Part shown: positions 34,701 to 45,252 of the stretch, piece by piece | Position numbering within the stretch: the stretch's first letter is position 1 | Layout: every line of letters begins with the position of its first letter | Position numbers and translations under genes: made by a program | The notes under the pieces: model-generated | What the model saw: only the letters and a program-made list of their open reading frames with translations | The model's database searches: none | Told to the model about the DNA's origin: nothing | DNA from: Macrostomum hystrix | Taxonomy: Eukaryota > Animalia > Platyhelminthes | Reading direction: 5' to 3' | Length of the DNA stretch: 64,000 nucleotides | NCBI GenBank assembly: GCA_950097015.1 | Contig: CATNEN010000037.1 | Location: forward strand, 1,550,001 to 1,614,000

Positions 34701-36605
34701 CCCCTATCGCCTAACGACAGGATCCACTTCGCAGCGGAACTCGCCAAACCGACCAACCGGGAGGATCCCCCGCACGTCAGACGCCAAGCCGCACTGGAGA
34801 CGCTGGACCGGCTTCCGGAACCCGCCTTGGAACTCCGGACCGATGGCTCGGCCTCCGGAGGCACCAATAGAGGCAGATCCGGTGCGGCCCTGTTTATCCG
34901 CGGAGCCGCGCCAATCTACCTGACTGCTCCAGCGGGCGCGTTCAGCTCTTCTTTTAGGGCGGAGGAGTGTGCCCTCCGCATTGGTCTCCTCGCAGCCCTG
35001 GAGCGCGTCCCATGGCCCGGTACGGCAGAACTGCGTTGCGCCACTGATTCGCAGGCCCTCATCCGATCGCTCGAACAAGGCACGCACTCTCACCTGTCCC
35101 CCTGCGGCCGGGACATCTGGCGCCTCCTCCTCAAAGTCCCTGCGGACCACCACGTGACTATCCAATGGGTCCCAGGACACTGTGACCTGAGGCGCAACGA
35201 TCTGGCGGACAACCTCGCAAAAGACGCCGCCAGACTCCCACAAGACCAAGCGGAAATCGACCTAAACAGTGCCAAGTCCGCGATCCGCCGCACACTGGCC
35301 GCCGAGGCTCGCGCTGCCTACGAAGCGGACCCACACTGCCGGACGCACCGCGCTGCCTTCCGCGAAGACCGCAGGTCCGAGGCGACTCTCAGCAGACGCG
35401 AGTTGATCACGCTAGTGCAACTTCGCACGGGCCACTCGCCTCTGCTGGCCCAGTACCGCCACCGGATTGACCAAGAACAGCCCGCGTCCTGCGGGCACTG
35501 CGGACACCAGGAGGAGGACCTGAAGCATGTGATGCTGGAATGCCCAGCTCACGCCCAGACCCGCAACCGCGTCCTCGGCCCTAACCCGACGCTGGCCATC
35601 CTATCCGACGACGGCCCCCGTGTCCTGTCCTATCTCTAGGCGATAGGGTTGCTGACCCGACGCCCGGACCTGCACGGCCAGGAACTTCTAACTAACTAAC
35701 TGGCGGCCCTGGGACCGAAATCCTCGACGCAGGTCGAGAAAGCGCTATTGCGGCTGGTGTAGAAGTGTCTCATGGGAGAGTCAGTGACTCTCCCATGCAC
35801 GAAGTGCCAGCAACTGCCAATGGTCCGTCGCCGGTTGACGTCCGGAATGCATACCACGCCGCTATGTGTGTCCACATCCGGCGACAGGAGCCATATCAGT
35901 GCCTTGTAAGGCCGCCCGCCGTAAGCGTGATAGACAACGTCGTGTGGCGGGAGCGTTACAGTCAGCTCATACGGATAATAAAACAGCAACGCGAAGCTGG
36001 CTGCGCTTTTACTTGCTTCGATTTCGCAGTGCGTTCGACTGCCAATCACCTGGTGGCATGCGGACAGCTGCGGCGCCTGGCTATGCACGAGCAGCCTCCA
36101 AACCTGCCAACCGAGCTGGCAGATGCGCTCGCGGAAGCAAGCAGTTCTGTGGCTGCCGCTCGTGCAGACCAGTCAATGCAGAAGCCGTCATTGACACCGG
36201 TTTCCGTGCGGGCCTCGCATACCGCTGCATTGTGCTAGCGGTGCTAGCAATCGAGTTGCAATATTACTCGCTGATGTAGACTCATGTGCAAACCTACACT
36301 GTTACATGTTGACAGAATATCTCTTGTATTGCTGTTGTATCCGGCGGTACTGTTGTAATAGGGGCGTTTATATGAAAGGCTCGAGTTTTCGTTGTATGTC
36401 GAAGATCGGTTGCGATCGGAGTTAGTTAGACCGTAGGCACAGACAGAGCAGTTCTGCCTGTCTACCCTCTGTACCCACGAGTCACGAGAATGTTTATATA
36501 AGTTTATATATAAGTTTATACAATAGAAACAACAATTTCAACAATCTCGCACGGACGGACTCCGGGAAATGACAATGTATTCGTTGTTCCCATTCCAGTC
36601 AACAC

Positions 36606-39023
36606 ATGGCGCCTACGCGTAGGCTACGAGATGAAGTGCGAAAGGTCAACCACACAGAAGTCGTACCAGATGCGGTGCGCAAAATTATTCAGAGGCAACA
36701 TCGAAAGCATCGAGACCAATGTCACAATGCTGATCCACCGACACCTGAGCAAGCCGAGAGGTCTACAGTTACAACCACATCGCGACCGATGCCACAGCAT
36801 ATCAATGACATGCCAATCTATCCAGGTGCGCGTCGAACATACATCGAGACGGCGCTATTGCTAACAGAGTTTGCCGAGACCGAGTCATTGACGCGCAAAG
36901 GAACAGACCGTTTATTGCGTCTACTGGACGAGCTGTTGCCCGTCGGGAGCCACTTCCCACGCTCTGTGTATTATCTGGATAGTGTCATTGACACTACCGG
37001 ATGCAACACAGAATGTTACGTTGTGTGTCGCAGCTGCAAGGCCGCCACAGAAGCTCCCGAAGCGACCCGAGACGGTTGTCGACAGTGTCGGATAGCGTTC
37101 GCTGACATCAACTTGAACCGGTACTGGCAGTTTGACATCGGTCGACAACTGCAGTCCGCACTCGAATGTCGCTCGTTCCTTCGGCACGTCACCTTCCCGG
37201 TGGACATGACTGCCGAACCCGACACCATTCACTTTACTAACAGCGAGAAGTACGCCGAATTCAAGCGCGCATGCGGTACCCGGCTGAACGACAGGGCGGA
37301 CCTAACTTACACGCTGAACATAGATGGGTTCGCCATGTACAAGTCATCCCGCTATGAGATTTGTCCCATCTACCTGAGCGTCAACGAAGTGTCCGTTACA
37401 CACAAGTCCCGCTTCCTCGTTGTGTGTGGCCTATGGGGTAGCAAGACGAAGATGCCGACGGCTGCCTACCTTCCTCTACTGCGGCTGCAATTGAACAAAA
37501 TTCGGACTGATGGGGTGTCGTACGTCAATGAGGGGCGGCACTCTGTCATGCGGTTTCATGTGCACTGTGTCATCATGGACGCACCACAGCGTCAGGCAGC
37601 GCTGGAGCTGTTAATGTACAATGGCACATTCGGGTGTGACAAGTGCTACATTGCAACAAAGCGCCAGGCAAATGTTCGAGGCAACGCTAGATACTACCCA
37701 GTCGCCATTGACCAAACAACAGTGCGTGCATTGCTGGACCATCATGTGGGTCAAGTCGAACTGCGAAATCTGGAGGACACGGTTTCACTGGCGAATATCA
37801 AGGCGCCGCGAGACCTTCATCTGTTCGGTGTTAAAGGCGTCTCTGAATTCAGTCGAGTCATCGGGTTCGACTATATTGCCGACTGCCCGCCATGTTTCCT
37901 CCACCAAGCACTAAGTGGACTGGCACGCTGGTTACTATCGCAGTGGTTTCTTATTGGACACGAGAAGCCGGACCCAAGCTTGACCAGGCCAAATCTGTAC
38001 AATGCAATTGACGTCATTGACGGCAGGTTGCGGCGTGTTACAATGCCAAGCAGTGTGCAACGGCGACACCCCCGTTCACTACGGGAACTGAAGTTCATGC
38101 GCGGCCACGAGTTTGCCTGCTGGTTGTTTGCATTTGGCCCCATGGTTCTGGCTGATGGTCCGCTGCACAGGGACTACTACAACCTTTTTTTGTTGTTGTC
38201 CTCCGCTCTTTTCTGGCTCAGCTACCAGAACACCAGCAGGAATTACATGGCGCGGATTCAGGTCACCTTGGACCATTTCTATCGCGACCTCGGAGTCCTC
38301 TATTCCAATCGAGCACTGACGTACAACGCACACTCAGTGTGTCGTCATATGACGGCTGCTGTGTTGCGATTGGGTCCTACTGCCTCGTTGTCTGCTGGAT
38401 TGTTCGAATCCGAACATCGCAAAACCCGCGCACGTGTCCACGGCAACTCTCTGGTCGACAAGGAGCTGGTGATGCAGATCGAGTTCGACATTGGTCGCAG
38501 AGAGATGCGACATCAACGGCGCATGCCAACCCTCTCAAAATTGGCCAACAACGACCGTCATTTGACGGTCGGCTGTCTACGTGTGATTCCATTCTATCAC
38601 GCAGGTGCCGGACAATACAAAAGAGTGATCCTGCCGTGTGGCATGGTACTTCAGCCGTGCGGGACACTTGACGAGCAGCGACTCGGCACGTCAACATCTT
38701 CGTGTTTCGTCGGACTCAAATGCGACGATCCGGAGAAATTCGTGTTCGCTAGAATCGAGTCCATTAGCGCGTCGGAAGCGCTGGGTGTGGCCTTTGAGTG
38801 TCGGATCGTGCCAGTCATCGAGCCCGATGAGTCACCTTTCGTCGCGTACTCCGGCACTGACGAGTGCTGTCGCGCTGCACATGTTCGTCGTCTATCCGTC
38901 CGTCCATTCGATGTGTTTGATGGCGAGTTGACTTCTGTTGGCTTCTCCTCTATTGCTGGACCGTGCGTCGTCAGTGACACGCACATCAGCCTACTGCCGA
39001 GTGCCCAACTTTCATATTCATAA
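36606..39023 (+). CDS. EnSpm/CMC DDE transposase, 805 aa, uninterrupted
   Basis: YTLNIDGFAMYKSS..ICPIYLSVNE, IMDAPQR...YNGTFGCDKC, CFLH (C/D-x2-H motif), LFESEH; N-terminal CxxC pairs. Confidence 0.9.
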   Translation: MAPTRRLRDEVRKVNHTEVVPDAVRKIIQRQHRKHRDQCHNADPPTPEQAERSTVTTTSRPMPQHINDMPIYPGARRTYIETALLLTEFAETESLTRKGTDRLLRLLDELLPVGSHFPRSVYYLDSVIDTTGCNTECYVVCRSCKAATEAPEATRDGCRQCRIAFADINLNRYWQFDIGRQLQSALECRSFLRHVTFPVDMTAEPDTIHFTNSEKYAEFKRACGTRLNDRADLTYTLNIDGFAMYKSSRYEICPIYLSVNEVSVTHKSRFLVVCGLWGSKTKMPTAAYLPLLRLQLNKIRTDGVSYVNEGRHSVMRFHVHCVIMDAPQRQAALELLMYNGTFGCDKCYIATKRQANVRGNARYYPVAIDQTTVRALLDHHVGQVELRNLEDTVSLANIKAPRDLHLFGVKGVSEFSRVIGFDYIADCPPCFLHQALSGLARWLLSQWFLIGHEKPDPSLTRPNLYNAIDVIDGRLRRVTMPSSVQRRHPRSLRELKFMRGHEFACWLFAFGPMVLADGPLHRDYYNLFLLLSSALFWLSYQNTSRNYMARIQVTLDHFYRDLGVLYSNRALTYNAHSVCRHMTAAVLRLGPTASLSAGLFESEHRKTRARVHGNSLVDKELVMQIEFDIGRREMRHQRRMPTLSKLANNDRHLTVGCLRVIPFYHAGAGQYKRVILPCGMVLQPCGTLDEQRLGTSTSSCFVGLKCDDPEKFVFARIESISASEALGVAFECRIVPVIEPDESPFVAYSGTDECCRAAHVRRLSVRPFDVFDGELTSVGFSSIAGPCVVSDTHISLLPSAQLSYS

Positions 39024-39632
39024 CTGTTGTGCCGTTGTGCTGAAGGAGGCAGTTGCAGTGAAGTTAGCGTGCGTGTTTATTTATCAAAGCAAATGGTCGG
39101 TCCGGAGCGTGTGGGTTCAAGGCGTTGCCTCTAGTCTTCGTGCTTAATTTATAGCGAGGTTGGAAGCGTAGGTGCTTCATGTATAAAAAAATATAAGACA
39201 AATGTCTTTTGCCATAACTAGCAACGAAACGAGTTTGCTTGCCAGTGCCGCCTCAATAACTATGCGTGAATGCAGTCTCTCGTTACCTATTGCAATTGGG
39301 ACTGGAAGTCGTCTCTACCCGTTTTGCGTTGTCATGTGTCTATTCAACTTGCAAATTCAGTTCCATAGCACAAGCTTTACGGCCTTCGTGTCGACATCGT
39401 TGTATGTCTTCCATGTAACTGTACAATAAACCGAAAGCGAGTGCATCGCTTATGTTTCGTCACAGTACCACAGCTTTACCAGCTTTCTATCACCCTTTCG
39501 TCACTTTGGTCACTTTACTGAGCTTTACCACTCAGTTACAGTAATGATCATGTTTCATCACGAATAGATGACAACTTATGCAACTACTGACTCTTAACAT
39601 TAACAATTTCAGCTATTCAACGCGCATTTCAC

Positions 39633-40876
39633 ATGGCACCCGACAACGACAAGACCACTAAGGCAAAAAAGACCTTCTGGGTTGTCCAGTTCGTGTCCAA
39701 GGGCAACCACCAGGCTGTCGACCACGACTGCATTGTCGATCCGGCTCCGGCGCCATTGGCAGCGGAGTCGAGTCTCGGTGCTCGCGTTCTTGTTGTCACG
39801 GCGGACGACAAACTGCGCGGGACGCGATTTGAGGCTCACATTCGGAAGGGTCCATATCAGTCGTATGCCGAGGCCAAGCGACATGAGCGCACATGTGCTC
39901 ATTTACCCACGGTACCAACGCCTAAACCGTGTCCGCAGTGTGCATCTTATGTTGTCGCACTGGCTAAGCGAGATGGTGCCAACAAAACTATCGAGGAAGA
40001 ACTTCGAAAGAGTGAACACGAGCGAGAGGAGCTTGAGTTGCGGCTTGAACGCGCCCGTGATCAACTGCGTCAATTGACACAACAGAACGAGGAGCTCATT
40101 CTCGCTTTAACGCAAGCGACTGGACCACATGCTTCGGTGACGGAACCGTGCGCTGCGCATACATCCGGTGCAACTTGTACTGAGGCTGCGACGTCCGATG
40201 CTTCGATTTCGGCGGATGACAGGCAGGTTGTCATTGACAACTTGCGAACTGACCTGTTCCGCCGCGCTAAAATGGCGCAACCGCGTTTGATTGCCGCCAT
40301 ATTAGAACAACTGAAGCAGCAGCTAACGCAGCACCTCGCCGTCCACCTCAACCAGCTTGTCGACCCAGCCGTCACACTTGACGACATGCTGGCCGACGAC
40401 ACCGAAACGCTTGATGCAACGGTAAGCCCTGAATAGTCCGTAATTTATGATTTATGAACACACATCTGCAGCCAGTCGGTGTCGGCTTTACGTCGAACCT
40501 CGCCCGAGTGAATGTCTACAAGGCTTCAGCGACTCCGGCCAACCTCAGTGCGCTTGTCCGCGAGATGGTGCGCGGTTGTTTCAGCGATGACGAGCTGCTG
40601 GTTACGTCGTTGCGTGGTCGCGCTACCAAGCCTGGTCGGCCGCGCCTGCCAGTGGACACGCGGTGCTTAAATGCCATTGTCGACTATCTGGCTGGAATCG
40701 ACATCGCTACCAGTATGAAGGCTGTTGAAAGGGCCTACGTCCGTTGCTGCATCACCATCAGTCGACGTGAAAAGCGGTCCGGACGTTTGCCTGTCAAGAA
40801 GCGTCGACAAGGTGCGGCTGCCGGTGTCACTGACACTGTGCAGTCGGAGGCGACCAATGCCTCTCGCGAGGCATGA
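39633..40876 (+). CDS. Transposon accessory protein with coiled coil and C-terminal BEN-like domain (397 aa)
   Basis: Exons 39633-40421 (ACG|GTAAGC) and 40472-40876 (TCTGCAG|CCA), with a 50-nt phase-0 intron joining two track ORFs in frame. LVREMVRGCFSDDELLVTSLRG...VDTRCLNAIVDYL follows the BEN pattern (L..LF..EEL...SL.G...LD...L.AI). Confidence 0.7.
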
Positions 40877-42669
40877 CCGATCTGTTGCTTCCAGCATAAC
40901 AAACTTTTTTGGCCTATATGGGACCGATCGTGGCCTGTTTCCCCATGCTTCTATAGGGTTTTCCCCTGAAAATCTGCTCCTTCCCACATAATCAACCAAC
41001 AACACTATTATGGTTAGTTCCTGGATCGTAAATTAGACTAGCACCAGGAGTCAGGCCACACTGGTATCACCTGTCGGCTGACGTCAATGATGCCATGCAA
41101 TACAACGGTATAGGGGTTTTGTTCTACGTTCTGCTTCTGTTTTTTTCACTTTTTCATTGTTTGTTACTTACCTGTTTTTCCATTTCAGTTGGTTTCAACT
41201 CAAGTTTTGCATTTTCTTCTCACTTAGTGCAAGCCTTTTGCTCTTACTTTTGCTTGCTTTGCAGCCTCAACTTTTTTCTTTTTCGGTTTTGCCATTGGTT
41301 TTGTTTCCTCTTTCATTTAAATTGGCTTTCTTTCTTATTTTATAATCTGCTTTCCACACTATTTATTGCGCTACTAGCTGCTAACCATACCAGTTACTGT
41401 CATAATAGCTTTGATACTTGCGTATTTTTTCGTCGCTATTCATGTTTTCTATTTTCCAGCAAATATATATGTATGGGCAGCATCCGGATTACTTTCCAGA
41501 TCGTTTTAATTTCAAGTACGCCTTCGCGCGATTGTTTCAATGTTTAATTTATATTGGCAACCTTTTACAATTTGTGTTCCCTCCTTTAAGCATGTACTTT
41601 TTCACAACATGCTGGCTACTTCATGCACTTTAACATGTCACCTATAGCAGCATCAATGGCACATTTGCGCCCCTAGTTTGACTGCTTCAAATAGCACATT
41701 TACTCGTCAGGTGCATCTACACCAAATGGCACAGTTTGACTGCTTCAAACAGCACATTTACTAGTCAGGTGTATGTATGCCAAATGGCACATTTCTGGCA
41801 CAGTTGTGCGCAATTATACGTATTCAAAATGAACTAGGATGACTGACACAGTTGTGGCATAGTAGTGCACAATTAAAATGATTGATTTCTCATTGTCTCA
41901 CTTAGGCCATATGGCACAGCTTGGCACAGTAAAATTTGTGCCACGCTGTGCCACCAATTGTCAAAAAAGCCCATTTTCCGGATGTTTTGACAGTTATTTT
42001 GCGCTTCGCTCTAATTCATTTTTTATGTGCCATTTGACACTTTTAAAGGACATTTATTTTCGGTCGGGTCAGCTCTTGCATTAACTTTAATAATGCCAAA
42101 TCCAGAAGATTTTATGTTTCTAAAGTCCAAAATTGTTATTCAAATGCATGTAGCACACAAAAACTCTTGGATTTAGCTCTCAATTAAGGCATTTGATATC
42201 CAAAGGAAGCAAAAAAATACTTTTGTGCTTAAAAACCTTGTATTTTAGCAAAATAAACAAAATTAAATTAAATTATGTTTTAAAGAAATACATTAGTGAT
42301 TTGCTAAGAAATTTTCTACAATATTCAAATGCTTAAAACCCACATATATTACCATATCATCAGTCCAAACCCCCCAATATAAGCTAGGCCCTAGCATTGA
42401 TAATTTGTGATATCTAGGCCTAATACTACAAAAACTAGCAATTTAAGTAAAGTATTTTTGCACTCAGAATAACTAGTAAACTAGGCTTGGCTTTTCAAAA
42501 AAGGGTTCTGGTCTCCTCATCTGCTGCAATCCTGTTTGCCAACAGACAAGTTGACTTATTTGCTGGCAAGAGAAATTTATGAGCAGTCTAAAAGTTGGCC
42601 AAATTAGCTTTAAGTACATGAGAACAAATAAGAGAAACACCTTGCTATTAGGCCTTATCCTATCATACC

Positions 42670-43963
42670 CAGTGTTGGGCAAGTTACTTTAAAAAAGTAA
42701 CTTCCGGTCAAGTAACTTCCGGTTCGAAAGAAAGTAACTTCCGGTAGTAGTTCCGGTACCGGCACTCGAAAAAAAAGTAACTTCCGGTTCTTCAGCACCG
42801 GTACTTTCTACTTTTGAAAAATCGCGTGTTAAAGAAGGGCTTAATTATGTTTTTATTATTAAAAAACTAATAATAACATGCCTTTGCAACTGCCAACTTG
42901 TCTAGAGTAAAACCAAGTGGAAAATGATTAAATGAAATTATTGAAAACGAAAAATGAATTTCTGAAAACCTATATTTTTATGGTTTTTGCTTCTTTTTCC
43001 AGTACTAAGGTTCAATCCTTGCTGTGGCAGTACTTTACCAATTACCACTCAAAAGTTTGGCCTGCGCAACTAAAAAAGCTGAAAAAAATATAGATTTGCA
43101 TGTATTTTACACCATAACATTACATTAAGTTTAAATTTGAATAAAGCGTGCGCAAATAGACTAAACGTGATCAGTAAAAAATGAAAATTCGAAAATTGAA
43201 AAATCGCGCCTCTGTTTGACGATAATTCGCGCCTGCCCTCAGAAATCGCATATTCGCGCCTCAATCACACCACTGAATAACTAACAACACAAGTCTTACA
43301 AACTAATGACATAAAGTGACAACTCTAAAAAAGTGCAAAGAGTAGGCCTAGCTCTAGTGGCGCTGCTGCCCTGCTGATAATTACCTTTATTAATTCAATA
43401 ACCTTTTAAGCCCTGAAAAAACTACTTTGACATTTAGACAATTTAGCCTAGGTTAACAGCTGAGAAAAAAAGTTTGCATGCTTCTTAAAAGGAACCCCCT
43501 TAATTTAAACTTGAAAGCTTTAGCACTAGTGTAAAAGCTAGATATAGACAGTCATGTTGTCACAATTCACATCAAATGCCTGTTGCCGCGAAGTAGTACA
43601 AGGCGGTTTAGTGTCGCGTCGGCAAGAGGTGCTCGCTTTGCTCGAATTAAAAATTTAATTTTTTAAAGAACCAAAAAGTTGTTTAAATTCACCAACTAAA
43701 TAAAATTCAAAATTTCTCGGCATTTCTTACGACATTATGAACTGATGATATGAAAATTCTTTCAATTTGTATGTTTTCTTTACTTTCTTTCTCTTTTTTT
43801 CTCTGCATTTAAAAAAGTGCCGGAAGTACCGGACTTAACAAAAAGTAACTTCCGATACCCAAGTCCGGCACTACAAAAAAAAGAACCGGAAAAAAGTGCC
43901 GCTTTAAAAAACAGTAACTTCCGGCACAAAGTGCCGGAAGTGCCGGAAGGTTGCCCAACACTG
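42670..43963. mobile_element. Non-autonomous hAT-like element
   Basis: TIRs CAGTGTTGGGCAA / TTGCCCAACACTG; subterminal AAGTAACTTCCGG repeats at both ends; flanks ATCATACC / ATCATAGG (6 of 8 match, consistent with an aged 8-bp TSD). Confidence 0.75.
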
Positions 43964-45252
43964 ATCATAGGCCTACCACTGTGCAGATGGAAGGTCAACA
44001 GATTTTTTTAGTTCTTTGACTAATTTGAATGGATTTTTACACTTGTACTTTTTAGAGTCATAGAAACCACTTGCTTAATCATAAATATGACAGGTGAGTT
44101 AGGGGCCTAGCTAAAGTCTAGACAGACAGTACAATGCATGAGAAAATTTGCACATAGGATGTAGCATTTGATTTGATGACTTTAAGAACAAGCCTCTATA
44201 ATGAGCCAAATATTTTTTAGTTGCTGCAGACTAGGCTCAAAGTTATGCATAAAGTCCAGACACAAAAGCACCTGATCTACTGATCAATATGAACTTGTGC
44301 ATTACCTATCCTACACACTTTATTGTGACAATAAAAGCAGCAGCTGACGACTTTGTTTTATTTATCCTTATTACAAATGAATTTGTAGGCCTACAAAGTT
44401 TCTTTTAAGGACAAGTTAATAGCAGATGAGATGGTGGCCGACAAAAAGACCAGAAACCCTAAAAATGTATGAAATGCCACTTTTATATTATGCATTGCAT
44501 TGTTTATATTAGGAAACTTAACAATAAAGGAAGCGATGTAGTGCCCAACATATAGAAAATCAAGCATAGCTTGCATTGTTACAGCCTATTTTTTCATTTA
44601 AAGTTAACTATATAGTCTCTTGTTTGTAAACCAGCAGATGTAACCTATTCAGCAACCAGTAAACAGTACCAGTAGTACGACTTGACAAGCCAGTGTGCAC
44701 ATGAATTTTTTGCCATATTTAGCAGCTGAAGTTTAAAATGCTATTTTACTTAATAAATACCCTATCTAGATTAAGATTGTGACATATTTATTTGGAGCTG
44801 GGGGGCCTAAACGATCAATGTTAGTATGCGAATAACATTCCAGGAAAGAAAAATAAAGTTTTAAATCTTGTTAATGCATTAAATCCAAACAGCGTAGACG
44901 CGTGAAATTAAAAAGTAATTAGTGCAGTACATCGTAGAATAGAAAAATGTTACCTATTTGTATAAATGTTCGGACTACTAAAGTAAAATTATATATCGTG
45001 TTTGCATATTCAAAACTGTGGACCGTAATATTTATTCTATATTGCACTTGAAAGACAATATTAATCGAGTTTCTATACTGTACAGCCGCGGTTCACAATC
45101 ATTTATTATTATATGAGTCGTGACTGTTCAACATAATTTATGTTTTGGTCAATTGAGTCTACCGAAAACAAGTGTGCAATTAATTTATGTGTGTTTTGGC
45201 TTAGAATCGAAAATTATGAACGATCGAGGAGCCTTCGGAATAAAAAATATAG

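Larger units (their letters stand above)
31573..35701 (+). mobile_element. Ingi-like (I-group) non-LTR retrotransposon: 2A - APE - RT - RNase H - CCHC, slightly decayed
   Basis: APE motifs QLNAAG, CVQET, LGDINAH, SAPDVT, GSDHLP. RT motifs YRPI, LPQGSVIAP, YADD. RNase H motifs TDGS, RAEE, TDSQ, WVPGH, NDLAD. C-terminal CGHC...HVMLEC. Lesions: in-frame TGA at 33010-33012 and a frameshift near 33465. Tail (CTAA)n at 35688-35701. Confidence 0.9.
31390..36238 (+). pseudogene. Transposon-encoded B-box-like zinc-finger ORF (about 239 aa) split by the LINE insertion
   Basis: 31390-31572 (MQCCKCHATATILCHTCTITGDVLLCDEHYNAYH...SIVAT) joins in frame to 35702-36238 (GGPGTEILDAG...). The halves share an internal repeat (PVHGVPATS / PMHEVPATA). 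Confidence 0.6.
30531..42068 (+). mobile_element. EnSpm/CACTA (CMC) DNA transposon, 11.5 kb, with a nested LINE
   Basis: Perfect 22-bp TIRs CCCGACCGAAAATAAATGTCCT (30531-30552, inverse at 42047-42068). TC on both flanks (30529-30530, 42069-42070). TGGCACA/TGTGCCA-rich subterminal repeats at both ends. Internal transposase ORF. Confidence 0.9.

Noticed and set aside
41095-41633. Hydrophobic ORFs inside the EnSpm right arm
   Set aside because: T-rich low-complexity sequence gives Phe/Leu/Ser-biased frames with no motif.
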